From sequence record SRR20825006_720: DNA of 48,192 nucleotides. One strand, written 5' to 3'. Of the stretch, positions 36,777 to 45,730 are shown piece by piece. The stretch's first letter is position 1; the number at the start of each line of letters is the position of its first letter. The translations under genes were made by a program, and so were the position numbers. The notes under the pieces were generated by a model. That model saw nothing but the letters and a program-made list of their open reading frames with translations. It had not been told where the DNA came from and did not search any database.

Positions 36777-37556
36777 TTAGATTGCGCGGAATATTTCCAT
36801 TTCAAAATCTATTTGCTCTTGAATGCGTGGATATTCCTGGAGAAATTGATCGTACAAAAAGTCAAGGTGCTTTTTATCCCTATCCGTTTTGCACAACCTT
36901 GAAATTTGTTGGGTCACTTCCAAAAGCCCTGATGTCTTCATCATACGCAACGAAGGCATTATTTTTTGACAGGAAAGCTCGAGCTCTGTATAATTTTCGT
37001 TTATTAGATTGACTTTGGCACTTCCGACAAACTCAAAAATGTTTTGTTTGAACATGCGCACCAACTCTTCCAACAGTTCAATTTGCCCCATGCAATCCTC
37101 CAAAACGGGTTGGAGATCAATCTTTTGGGAAGAAAAACCAGCTTGAAGGCTCTTCTCAATAAATTCAAAATCGGTAGACATACGTTCTGTGTTTTTATTC
37201 TGATCTTGAGGCTTCTCTTGTATGTTCTGTATCCTTTTTTTAATCTCTTCCACAATACTTTTTTGTGGTTCAGAAAGATTTGTATCCTCCAAAGACTTTA
37301 AAAGCATCAAAATTTCACTATCATCTGGGGCAGTAAACGATTTGCTATCAGAGCCTTGGATGCCTACATTTTTGTATAGGTCTTCGAGCTGCTTCATTTC
37401 GGAAATCCCAAAAACTTTGCTTTCAAGTCCAAACTTGAACATTTCAAAAGTCTTTTTAAGTTCTCCAGCCTCAACTACTCCCAATTCTTCATAAGAAAAA
37501 GAACTCAAACCTATTTCAAGCTTTTCCAGATACGTTAACAATTCGCGTGTTCCCAA
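36777..37556 (-). CDS. Protein with a C-terminal Hpt-like domain lacking the phospho-His
   Basis: IDLQPVLEDCMGQIELLEELVRMF...SCQKIMPSLRMM matches the Hpt layout (AHK[IL]K.S) with Gln at the His site. TTG start. Confidence 0.72.
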   Translation of the reverse strand: MGTRELLTYLEKLEIGLSSFSYEELGVVEAGELKKTFEMFKFGLESKVFGISEMKQLEDLYKNVGIQGSDSKSFTAPDDSEILMLLKSLEDTNLSEPQKSIVEEIKKRIQNIQEKPQDQNKNTERMSTDFEFIEKSLQAGFSSQKIDLQPVLEDCMGQIELLEELVRMFKQNIFEFVGSAKVNLINENYTELELSCQKIMPSLRMMKTSGLLEVTQQISRLCKTDRDKKHLDFLYDQFLQEYPRIQEQIDFEMEIFRAI

Positions 37557-37683
37557 TTTTTTGCGTTAATGGTTATTAATCACATTAAAAATGTCGATTA
37601 AACTGAGGGATTACAATTTATTGTTCCGTAGCATTCGGATATTGTTGTCAAATTGCGTTATTTGTATGTGTAAAAAACCAACC

Positions 37684-38970
37684 ATGAAATATTTTTATTT
37701 ATTCCTTAGTATTACCCTGCTCATATCTTGCGGGGAGAAAAAAACCGAAACCAAAGAAGAAACCTTGGTAGAAAAAGCACAGAGAATCCACGATTCCGTA
37801 ATTACGATTGATACGCACGATGATATCAACGTTCAAAATTTTACGGACAGTATCAACTACACTCAGAATTTGGATACCCAAGTAAACATACCCAAAATGA
37901 AAGAGGGAGGTCTCGATGTAGCATGGTTAGTAGTGTACACAGGTCAAGATAACTTAACAACGGAGGGTTATGCCAAAGCATCTGAAAATGCAATCTCAAA
38001 ATTCGAGGCTATCCACAAACTTTGTGAGGAAATAGCTCCTGACGAGATTGAGTTGGCCCTGACCTCTGAAGATGTTAGAAGAATTGTGGCCGCAGGCAAA
38101 AAAGTGGCCATGATCGGTGTGGAAAATGCCTACCCAATTGGCGAAGACCTTTCTAAAATTGAAGAATACCAAAAGCGTGGTGCCCGATATATGTCCTTGG
38201 CACACAATGGCCATAGCCAATTGAGCGATTCCAATACAGGGGAGCAAGACAGTGTTTGGCTTCATAACGGATTGAGCGACCTTGGCAAAGAAGCGGTTGC
38301 AGAAATGAACCGTGTTGGAATGATGATCGATGTTTCCCACCCATCAAAAGAAGCGATGAAACAAATGATCGAGCTTACCAAAGCTCCGATAATCGCATCG
38401 CACTCATCGGCAAGAGCACTTTGTGGCCATAGCCGTAATCTTGACGATGAGCAATTAATGTTGATGAAGGAAAACGGAGGTGTTGTACAAACCGTAGCTT
38501 TTAGTTCTTACTTGAATACCGAGAAGCATGAAGCACGTTCCGCCTACATGTCGGAGGTGTACAAAAAAGTGGCAGATTCCTTGGGTCTTGCTTGGTACGA
38601 GCGCTCCCAATTTGGTTCGTTGACCGATGAACAGCGCGAAGAGTTCTTTGCCAATTACGGAAAAATCAGAAATATCGGCGAAGAATTGGCCGAAACCGAC
38701 CCCAACGTGCCACCTGCGGTGAACGTATCGGATTTTGTGGACCATATCGACTATATGGTGAAATTGATAGGTATCGACCATGTGGGCATTAGCTCCGATT
38801 TTGATGGCGGAGGCGGTATTGAAGGATGGTCGGATGCATCCGAAACCTTCAACGTAACCTTGGAACTCGTAAAAAGAGGCTATACCGAAGAAGAAATTGC
38901 CAAATTATGGGGCGAAAATCTATTAAGGGTATTGGATGAAGTTCAAGCGGTCGCCAAAACAATGAACTAA
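37684..38970 (+). CDS. M19 membrane dipeptidase lipoprotein
   Basis: Start revised to the ATG at 37684, lipobox LISC, DTHDD, GVENAY, IDVSH, ASHS, SDFDGGG, GENLLRV. Confidence 0.95.
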   Translation: MKYFYLFLSITLLISCGEKKTETKEETLVEKAQRIHDSVITIDTHDDINVQNFTDSINYTQNLDTQVNIPKMKEGGLDVAWLVVYTGQDNLTTEGYAKASENAISKFEAIHKLCEEIAPDEIELALTSEDVRRIVAAGKKVAMIGVENAYPIGEDLSKIEEYQKRGARYMSLAHNGHSQLSDSNTGEQDSVWLHNGLSDLGKEAVAEMNRVGMMIDVSHPSKEAMKQMIELTKAPIIASHSSARALCGHSRNLDDEQLMLMKENGGVVQTVAFSSYLNTEKHEARSAYMSEVYKKVADSLGLAWYERSQFGSLTDEQREEFFANYGKIRNIGEELAETDPNVPPAVNVSDFVDHIDYMVKLIGIDHVGISSDFDGGGGIEGWSDASETFNVTLELVKRGYTEEEIAKLWGENLLRVLDEVQAVAKTMN

Positions 38971-39386
38971 GAAGTGGCTTTTTGCTCTTCTTTTTCTTTT
39001 TTGGCAAGTCGGTCCTTAACGTATTCTATTTTCGTTTTACCGTGAGCCTTGGGATTACCGTTCTCATCTAGATTCACCATAATAATGTTGTCTACGGTAA
39101 CAATACTTTCGTGGGTCATCTTGTTTCTAACTTCACAGTTGAGCGAAATTGAGGTGACCCCGAATTTTATTACTTCAATACCAATTTCTATGATGTCCCC
39201 TTCGTGGGCCGTGCTCATAAAATTGATTTCGGACATATATTTGGTTACGATTTTTTTGTTTTCAAGCTGTATAATGCTGTACAATGCAGCCTCCTCGTCT
39301 ATCCAAGCTAGGACCTTGCCGCCAAAAAGAGTTCCATTGGCATTCAAATCTTCTGGCTTTACCCATTTTCGTGAATGAAATCGCAT
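38967..39386 (-). CDS. Acyl-CoA thioesterase (hotdog fold)
   Basis: PEDLNANGTLFGGKVLAWIDE. Confidence 0.93.
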   Translation of the reverse strand: MRFHSRKWVKPEDLNANGTLFGGKVLAWIDEEAALYSIIQLENKKIVTKYMSEINFMSTAHEGDIIEIGIEVIKFGVTSISLNCEVRNKMTHESIVTVDNIIMVNLDENGNPKAHGKTKIEYVKDRLAKKEKEEQKATS

Positions 39387-39411
39387 AGTTGAAACTTTTA
39401 TAATTCAATTA

Positions 39412-39419
39412 CAAAGTTA
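39412..39419 (-). promoter_or_regulatory. -7 promoter TAACTTTG of the thioesterase gene
   Basis: Exact TAnnTTTG, 26 nt upstream of the ATG. Confidence 0.65.
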
Positions 39420-39556
39420 GCGGAATCCTTTGAAGATTTTCTTGATAAAACCTTTAATTTATGCGAATTACGAATTTGAAATATTTCATGGAGAGCAAAT
39501 ATTGAGTAAACAATTTTAAATGCCCCAGATTTTAAACTTGATCAGTTTGTGCCATT

Positions 39557-40456
39557 TTAATCGAATAAACCTTTTTGGGCAGGTAAAGTAGTCTTGGGTA
39601 TATGCAAATTACAATTCATTTTGGCATTTAGTTGCTCAATAAAATAAGCGGATAATAAAGGAGACTCAAGTTCAAGGTTTTGATGCACAAAAAAGTGAAT
39701 ATGCTCCAACCCCATGGATTTCCATGAATTTAAACGCTCTATCCAATCATCTAAACGGGGATAATCCGATTTATGGTTCGCTCCAACATATCTAATAAAG
39801 GCTTCATTCGTGGTCAATCGCATGTGCATAAGGTCCCTCCTGCCAGCGGTGTCTACCAAAACGTTGGCAATATTGTTCTCATCAAGTAAGTGATAAAGCT
39901 CCTGCGCCACCTTGTCATCATTGAACCAATCGGTGTGCCGAAACTCCATGGCCAAGGGGAATTCCTTCGGCCAATATTCCACAAAGCGCACTACCCTGTC
40001 CCAGTTTTTTGGTCCAAAGTTATTGTGCATTTGTAAAAAGATGGTGCCCAGTTTTTCCCCGAGCAATGATGTTACCTCCAAATATCTATCGGCGATTTCA
40101 TAAACTTTGTCGTTCATGCGACGAAGATGGCTTACTTCGTTGGTCATTTTTGGAAAAAACTTAAAGCCTTCAGGGGTTTTGTCACGCCACTTTTCGTACT
40201 GTTCTGCAGGGAAAATCCGATAAAAGGTGGCATTGAGCTCAATACAGTTAAATTGAGATGAGTAGTATTCCAATTCGTCTTTGGTACCCCTCGGATAAAA
40301 ATTCTTCAGATCTTGCCGGTTCCACTTGGCACAACCCACGTACACCTCGGTGTTAGCACCCGTTTTGTTCTTTTTCAGGACTACCGCAGTATCCGGATGG
40401 TCGGGTGGTATGGTGAAATCTATATGTTCTGGGCGGTCTACTTTTCCGAATTTCAT
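39557..40456 (-). CDS. DUF72 domain protein
   Basis: VGCAKW, IELNATFY, FKFFPK, EFRH. Start revised to MKFGKV at 40456. Confidence 0.92.
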   Translation of the reverse strand: MKFGKVDRPEHIDFTIPPDHPDTAVVLKKNKTGANTEVYVGCAKWNRQDLKNFYPRGTKDELEYYSSQFNCIELNATFYRIFPAEQYEKWRDKTPEGFKFFPKMTNEVSHLRRMNDKVYEIADRYLEVTSLLGEKLGTIFLQMHNNFGPKNWDRVVRFVEYWPKEFPLAMEFRHTDWFNDDKVAQELYHLLDENNIANVLVDTAGRRDLMHMRLTTNEAFIRYVGANHKSDYPRLDDWIERLNSWKSMGLEHIHFFVHQNLELESPLLSAYFIEQLNAKMNCNLHIPKTTLPAQKGLFD

Positions 40457-40542
40457 TTTGAATTCAATTTGAGATAAAAATAAGGCTTTTGGTTCGTACA
40501 ACGATTTAATACATTTTCTCTGTTTTTTCGGTATATTTAGTC

Positions 40543-40659
40543 ATGATACATTTTCACATACCTTCTAAATTGCCTAAACTGTTTAGATATTGGGTTCTCT
40601 TTGAATTTTCAGTTTGCCTCCTATGTTTAATCTTTTACTGGATTTCCAAATTATTCTAA
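40543..40659 (+). CDS. Unannotated 38-aa single-TM small protein MIHFHIPSKLPKLFRYWVLFEFSVCLLCLIFYWISKLF
   Basis: Hand-translated. Basic N-terminus plus a hydrophobic helix, filling an otherwise empty intergenic gap, with -7-like TATATTTA just upstream. Confidence 0.5.
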   Translation: MIHFHIPSKLPKLFRYWVLFEFSVCLLCLIFYWISKLF

Positions 40660-40768
40660 TACCCCTTTGTTTTTGAGGCTTCAAGTTGTTCATAACCTAG
40701 TTGACAACTATTACCATAATTAAAAATGTGCAATGCATCATTCTGTAATTTTAGTAAAAATCACAACC

Positions 40769-41185
40769 ATGGACTCACAATCCGACCGTAGATTGGACAT
40801 TCGTCCCACCATTCAATCATCACATTTTAACAGCCAAATGGGTTTTGATGAGCATTTTCAAAACAAAACCTTACGTCCTGTAATCAAACTCCAAAATGAT
40901 TTGTTGGTAGAGGCTTTCAAAAACTATGCAAACAAGCACAAGGGAGCTTTTTACGAACTTTCTCTGGAGAAAAAGATGGAGTATATAGAAAGGGCCATCC
41001 AAAAGGACATCAAATTCAGAAACTCTTTAAAAGGAATGATTATCGGTCAATTCACTGTAGAAGAGTACCGCGACTATATTACCAACTCTTCGGCTCTCAA
41101 CAAGCGCATGATGAATATGGTAGTGGAACGCCTCAAAGACCAAATTCAACTTTTAGAGGAAGAAGAAGCACTATTCCAAAATTGA
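40769..41185 (+). CDS. Conserved Flavobacteriaceae hypothetical protein (often auto-labelled 'glyoxalase')
   Basis: EHFQNKTLRPVIKLQNDLL and FRNSLKGMIIGQFT. Start at the ATG at 40769. No VOC motifs visible. Confidence 0.8.
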   Translation: MDSQSDRRLDIRPTIQSSHFNSQMGFDEHFQNKTLRPVIKLQNDLLVEAFKNYANKHKGAFYELSLEKKMEYIERAIQKDIKFRNSLKGMIIGQFTVEEYRDYITNSSALNKRMMNMVVERLKDQIQLLEEEEALFQN

Positions 41186-41854
41186 TTCCCCGTTCAGGTT
41201 GGTGGTGAGGATATCGCTCATCAAATCAAAATAAGGACGAATGGACTTAAAGGATTTGTCCACTTCACCCAAAAAAGAAGGGGACAGCACTTCTTCATCT
41301 GTAAGATTCCGAACAAATACAAACTGTTTTTTTCGAATCAAGTCAATATCTGGGTGTTCCTTGTCAAAACCTTTGGGTGCCGTTTTTAATTCATCACCAC
41401 GCAATTCACCCCAAGTTTCTTTCAATTCTTTTTTGTTGATGACTTTACGGAAGTCGTCTGCATCCATTTCCAGTTCTTTTCGAATACGAAACAGGTCTTC
41501 CTTGTTCGGGTCCCAGAATCCCGTAGCCAATAAGGACTCTCCTGGTTTTAAGTGAATATAATAACCGCCCCGTAAATGTGCCCCCAGTCGGGAAAAAGAC
41601 CCTGCAAAATGACTTTTGTAGGGTGTTTTGTCCTTAGAAAACCGTATATCTCTGTAAATCCGGAACAGCTTCATTTTTTCAATATCATCGTGGTGGTTTA
41701 AGTTTGTCTTTACAGCTTCTAGAAATGACTTTACCTCGGACTGATGTTTTTTGAAATCAGTTTTATTTGCTTCAAACCAATCCCGGTTGTTGTTGTTTTT
41801 TAGCTCCTTCAGAAAATCAAAAACTCCTTTGGATATCGTTACATTGGACGCCAT
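41171..41854 (-). CDS. DUF2461 (TIGR02453) family protein
   Basis: NNNRDWF, FRIYRDIRFSKDKTPYK, LKTAPKGF. Confidence 0.93.
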   Translation of the reverse strand: MASNVTISKGVFDFLKELKNNNNRDWFEANKTDFKKHQSEVKSFLEAVKTNLNHHDDIEKMKLFRIYRDIRFSKDKTPYKSHFAGSFSRLGAHLRGGYYIHLKPGESLLATGFWDPNKEDLFRIRKELEMDADDFRKVINKKELKETWGELRGDELKTAPKGFDKEHPDIDLIRKKQFVFVRNLTDEEVLSPSFLGEVDKSFKSIRPYFDLMSDILTTNLNGESILE

Positions 41855-41946
41855 ATATCGATAATATGTTATTTTTAAACTAAAGTTAGCCTTTTATACC
41901 TTCGCATGGTAAGGATTTCTATAATTTTAAGACAATATAGCGCAGC

Positions 41947-42738
41947 ATGGACAAGGATAAAATCATCGCCGAACTCAATAGGCACAAAAAACTGCCTTAT
42001 CTGGATTATAGGTTAAAGCAGGAAACCGAAGATTTCACTGATACGCTATTTTATACCCTATTTGATGCCAACACCCCAGTTGCCGTAAACTTGGAGCTGT
42101 TGGAGAATAAATTCAATCAGCTAATGGATATGGCTTGTTGGGATTTGGAGAAGCCCAATGAAGAACTTTGGGGCAATTATGTGGCCCATCTGCCACAGAT
42201 TCTGGAGAATCTAAATTTAGACGCAGAGGCCATATTGAATTGTGATCCGGCATCCCTTTCCATGCAGGAAATTTATATGGCCTACCCCGGCTTTTATGCC
42301 ATAGCCATTTATAGATTGGCGCACGAGCTTTATGAAGAAGGTGTTCCATTGATTCCTAGAATAATGACCGAATATGCGCATAGACAGACCGGTGTGGATA
42401 TTAACCCAGGGGCAAAAATTGGCAAGTCTTTTTTTATAGATCATGCCACCGGTGTAGTTATCGGCGAAACTGCTGTAATCCATGACAACGTGAAAATTTA
42501 TCAAGGGGTGACCTTAGGTGCCCTGTATGTGGCCAAGAACTTGCAGAAAACAAAGCGGCATCCCACCATAGAAAACAATGTGACCATTTACGCCAATGCC
42601 ACTATTTTAGGAGGCGATACCGTTGTAGGTGCCAATTCCGTAATTGGCGGGAACGCTTGGATAACTTCGTCTGTGCCTCCCAACTCCACCGTTTATCATA
42701 AACCAGAAATTAAAATAAAGACAACCCCAAATGTCTAA
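41947..42738 (+). CDS. cysE: Serine O-acetyltransferase
   Basis: DPAS, YPGFYA, DINPGAKIG, IDHATGVVIGET, KRHPTI hexapeptide repeats. Overlaps cysM. Confidence 0.93.
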   Translation: MDKDKIIAELNRHKKLPYLDYRLKQETEDFTDTLFYTLFDANTPVAVNLELLENKFNQLMDMACWDLEKPNEELWGNYVAHLPQILENLNLDAEAILNCDPASLSMQEIYMAYPGFYAIAIYRLAHELYEEGVPLIPRIMTEYAHRQTGVDINPGAKIGKSFFIDHATGVVIGETAVIHDNVKIYQGVTLGALYVAKNLQKTKRHPTIENNVTIYANATILGGDTVVGANSVIGGNAWITSSVPPNSTVYHKPEIKIKTTPNV

Positions 42739-43615
42739 CAGCATACTAGATCTTATCGGAAACACCCCAATGGTGGAATCCAACGTATTGAATACCAATC
42801 CAAATGTAAAAATCCTGTTTAAGCTGGAAGGAAATAACCCTGGCGGTAGCGTTAAGGACCGCCCAGCATACAATATGATAAAAAGTGGGTTAGAGCGCGG
42901 CGATTTTACCAAGAAAACCAAATTAATCGAGGCCACGAGCGGTAACACAGGTATTGGCTTGGCCATGATAGCAGGTCTTTTTGGCCTTGATATTGAATTG
43001 GTGATGCCCGAAAATTCTACCAAGGAACGTGTCCAAACCATGCGGGCCTATGGAGCAAAAGTTACTTTGACCCCTGCCGATGTTGGAATCGAGGGGGCCA
43101 GGGACTATGCCGAAGCCAAAGTCAGGGAAGAAGGTTTCCAAATGTTGAACCAGTTTTCCAATGATGATAACTGGAAGGCACACTACAAAACCACAGGCCC
43201 TGAGATTTGGAGAGATACGAATGGTGAGGTCACTCATTTTGTATCCAGTATGGGCACTACGGGCACCATAATGGGAACTTCCACTTATTTAAAGGAGCAA
43301 AATCCCAATGTTCAAATTGTGGGCGTACAGCCTACCGACGATTCCAAGATTCCGGGGATACGAAAATGGCCAAAAGAATATCTGCCCAAAATCTTTAATC
43401 CTGACAAAGTGGATACCGTAATGGAGGTTAGCGAACACGATGCTACCGAAATGGCGAAGCGATTGGCCAAAGAAGAAGGTATTTTTTCTGGTATGAGCAG
43501 TGGCGGAGCGGCGGCTGTAGCCCTGCGTTTGGCCGAAACTTTGGAAAGCGGTACTATCGTTTCTATTGTATGCGATCGTGGTGACCGCTATTTGTCTTCT
43601 AATCTTTTTGATTAA
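42731..43615 (+). CDS. cysM: Cysteine synthase B
   Basis: KLEGNNPGGSVKDR, EATSGNTG, MGTTGT, IPGIRKWP, CDRGDRYLS. Confidence 0.96.
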   Translation: MSNSILDLIGNTPMVESNVLNTNPNVKILFKLEGNNPGGSVKDRPAYNMIKSGLERGDFTKKTKLIEATSGNTGIGLAMIAGLFGLDIELVMPENSTKERVQTMRAYGAKVTLTPADVGIEGARDYAEAKVREEGFQMLNQFSNDDNWKAHYKTTGPEIWRDTNGEVTHFVSSMGTTGTIMGTSTYLKEQNPNVQIVGVQPTDDSKIPGIRKWPKEYLPKIFNPDKVDTVMEVSEHDATEMAKRLAKEEGIFSGMSSGGAAAVALRLAETLESGTIVSIVCDRGDRYLSSNLFD

Positions 43616-43767
43616 GTAGAGAAATACTTTTTAGCATCTATTTTTTAGGTTTTCACGTCGGATTTTTCGTATTATCCAACAATGTTTGCAGCTTGTCGAT
43701 TTCTTTGAAATAGGAGTTCTGAATCTCCGTTCTTTATACTGTCAAAGTCCTTAAATATCAACATAGT

Positions 43768-44250
43768 ATGGATGCACTGTCAAAAATAATCACCTGGAAA
43801 CGAAACATACTAGCCAGCATAGCTGTCTTGTTAATTTTGATAGTGTTAAGCTTTTACGGGGTTTATACAAATCAATTCTACTTTTTAAAACCCGACAATT
43901 ATATATTCCCTATTTTGAGTTCGATTCATTTTTTATATTTATACGTGATTTGGTTCAAAATTTCCGAGGATGAACTACCCGACCCCAAAATGCGCAACAT
44001 TGAATATGTCCTCTACGCCATCATGATTGTTTACGTTTTCAAAATTTACGATAGCATTACCGTTCTCAATTCCATTGAAACGTATGGAGAACACGTGATA
44101 CCTGTCACTTTTAAACCAATGGCAACATTAACTGTAGTAGTATTCAGCATTTTGCCGATTCTAACACTATATACCTTTTGGCTGAGAAAACGTTATGTTG
44201 GAGTCTACAATTTTGAAAACTACAACGACAACCTAAATATTTGGCAATAA
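43768..44250 (+). CDS. Hypothetical membrane protein with four TM helices
   Basis: Four hydrophobic segments in an intact ORF. Confidence 0.82.
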   Translation: MDALSKIITWKRNILASIAVLLILIVLSFYGVYTNQFYFLKPDNYIFPILSSIHFLYLYVIWFKISEDELPDPKMRNIEYVLYAIMIVYVFKIYDSITVLNSIETYGEHVIPVTFKPMATLTVVVFSILPILTLYTFWLRKRYVGVYNFENYNDNLNIWQ

Positions 44251-44252
44251 GT

Positions 44253-45722
44253 TTAAAGCCCTCGAATAAAGCTACCGTAGAGATCTTTGAACTGGTACCC
44301 TTGCTGAAAACGGTGTTTGCTCAGCTTTTTGTGGGCCACCAATCCCCAAAGCACTAATTCTTTTAAGAAATATGCGTCTTCTTTCGGAACTTCTGACTGA
44401 TATTCTTTCATGAGATTGTTCAATGGCCCAATAGAGTCCAGCTTGGATTTATATTCGTCCTCTTTTTCATCGTCCAAAAGGTCGAAGCCTTCTCCGTCAA
44501 AGAACCAACTGATCAATTCATCATATTCGGTTTCCTCTTCCTTGCGCTGAAGCTTATCAATTTTCGGAAAATAACTCGGGAATAGTGATTTTGCGGCATC
44601 TTCAATCAAATTCTCGGCTACGGAACCAGCTCCCTCCTGCTCTCCTTCGTACACCAACTCAATTTTCCCCGTGATGGAAGGGACAACCCCCATAAAATCA
44701 CTCAAGCGAACATTGGTTTTCTTGTCACCGGCAACAATGGCCCTACGTTCGGCGGTACTCAAAAGGTTTTCGAATGCCGTGATGCTCATACGTGCACTTA
44801 CACCACTTTTGGCATCCACATATTCGCTGGTTCTGGCCTCAAAACTGATTTGTTCCAATAAATCCATTGCAATTTCGGGTACATACACAAAATCGGACTG
44901 ACGTTTGTCCAGCTTCGCTTCCTGTTTTGTTATTTTCTTCGCAATCTCAATACTCTCTGGATAGTGCGTCAAAATCTGGGAACCTATCCTATCTTTCAAA
45001 GGAGTAACAATGCTTCCCCTATTGGTGTAATCTTCAGGGTTGGCAGTAAACACAAATTGAATATCCAAATGCAAACGAAGTTTAAAACCCCGAATTTGTA
45101 TATCACCTTCTTGCAGTATATTAAACAACGCCACTTGAATCCTTGCTTGAAGGTCGGGAAGTTCGTTGATCACAAAAATACAACGGTTGGCCCGCGGTAT
45201 CATTCCAAAATGAATGACACGATCATCCGCGTAGGACAGTTTGAGGTTGGCCGCTTTTATGGGGTCCACATCTCCAATCAAATCCGCTACGGTAACATCG
45301 GGTGTGGCCAATTTTTCATAGAAACGCTCGTTCCGGTGTATCCAGCTAATGGGTGTGTCATCCCCTTTTTCCTTGATCAATTCCGTGGCATATCTTGAAA
45401 TAGGTTCCAAAGGGTCATCGTGGATTTCAGAGCCCTCCACAATGGGCATCCATTCATCAAGCAGTTGCACCATTAAACGGGCCAAACGGGTCTTTGCCTG
45501 CCCGCGCAAACCCAATAAATTAATATTGTGACGGGAAAGAATGGCTCTTTCCAGTTCTGGAATTACCGAGTTTTCATAACCCCAAACGCCTTCGAAAACT
45601 TGTTCGCCTTTGGATATTTTCTCCAAAAGGTTCTCCCGAAGTTCATCCTTAATGCTTCTGTTTGTATATCCCGCTGATTTTAATTCACCTAGCGTTGTAA
45701 TGTTGGTATGATCCAAATTCAT
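44253..45722 (-). CDS. AAA+ ATPase, magnesium-chelatase/MoxR-like
   Basis: GLRGQAKT Walker A variant, INELPDL, FTANPEDY, LKDRI. Confidence 0.9.
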   Translation of the reverse strand: MNLDHTNITTLGELKSAGYTNRSIKDELRENLLEKISKGEQVFEGVWGYENSVIPELERAILSRHNINLLGLRGQAKTRLARLMVQLLDEWMPIVEGSEIHDDPLEPISRYATELIKEKGDDTPISWIHRNERFYEKLATPDVTVADLIGDVDPIKAANLKLSYADDRVIHFGMIPRANRCIFVINELPDLQARIQVALFNILQEGDIQIRGFKLRLHLDIQFVFTANPEDYTNRGSIVTPLKDRIGSQILTHYPESIEIAKKITKQEAKLDKRQSDFVYVPEIAMDLLEQISFEARTSEYVDAKSGVSARMSITAFENLLSTAERRAIVAGDKKTNVRLSDFMGVVPSITGKIELVYEGEQEGAGSVAENLIEDAAKSLFPSYFPKIDKLQRKEEETEYDELISWFFDGEGFDLLDDEKEDEYKSKLDSIGPLNNLMKEYQSEVPKEDAYFLKELVLWGLVAHKKLSKHRFQQGYQFKDLYGSFIRGL

Positions 45723-45730
45723 ATGTTGTG

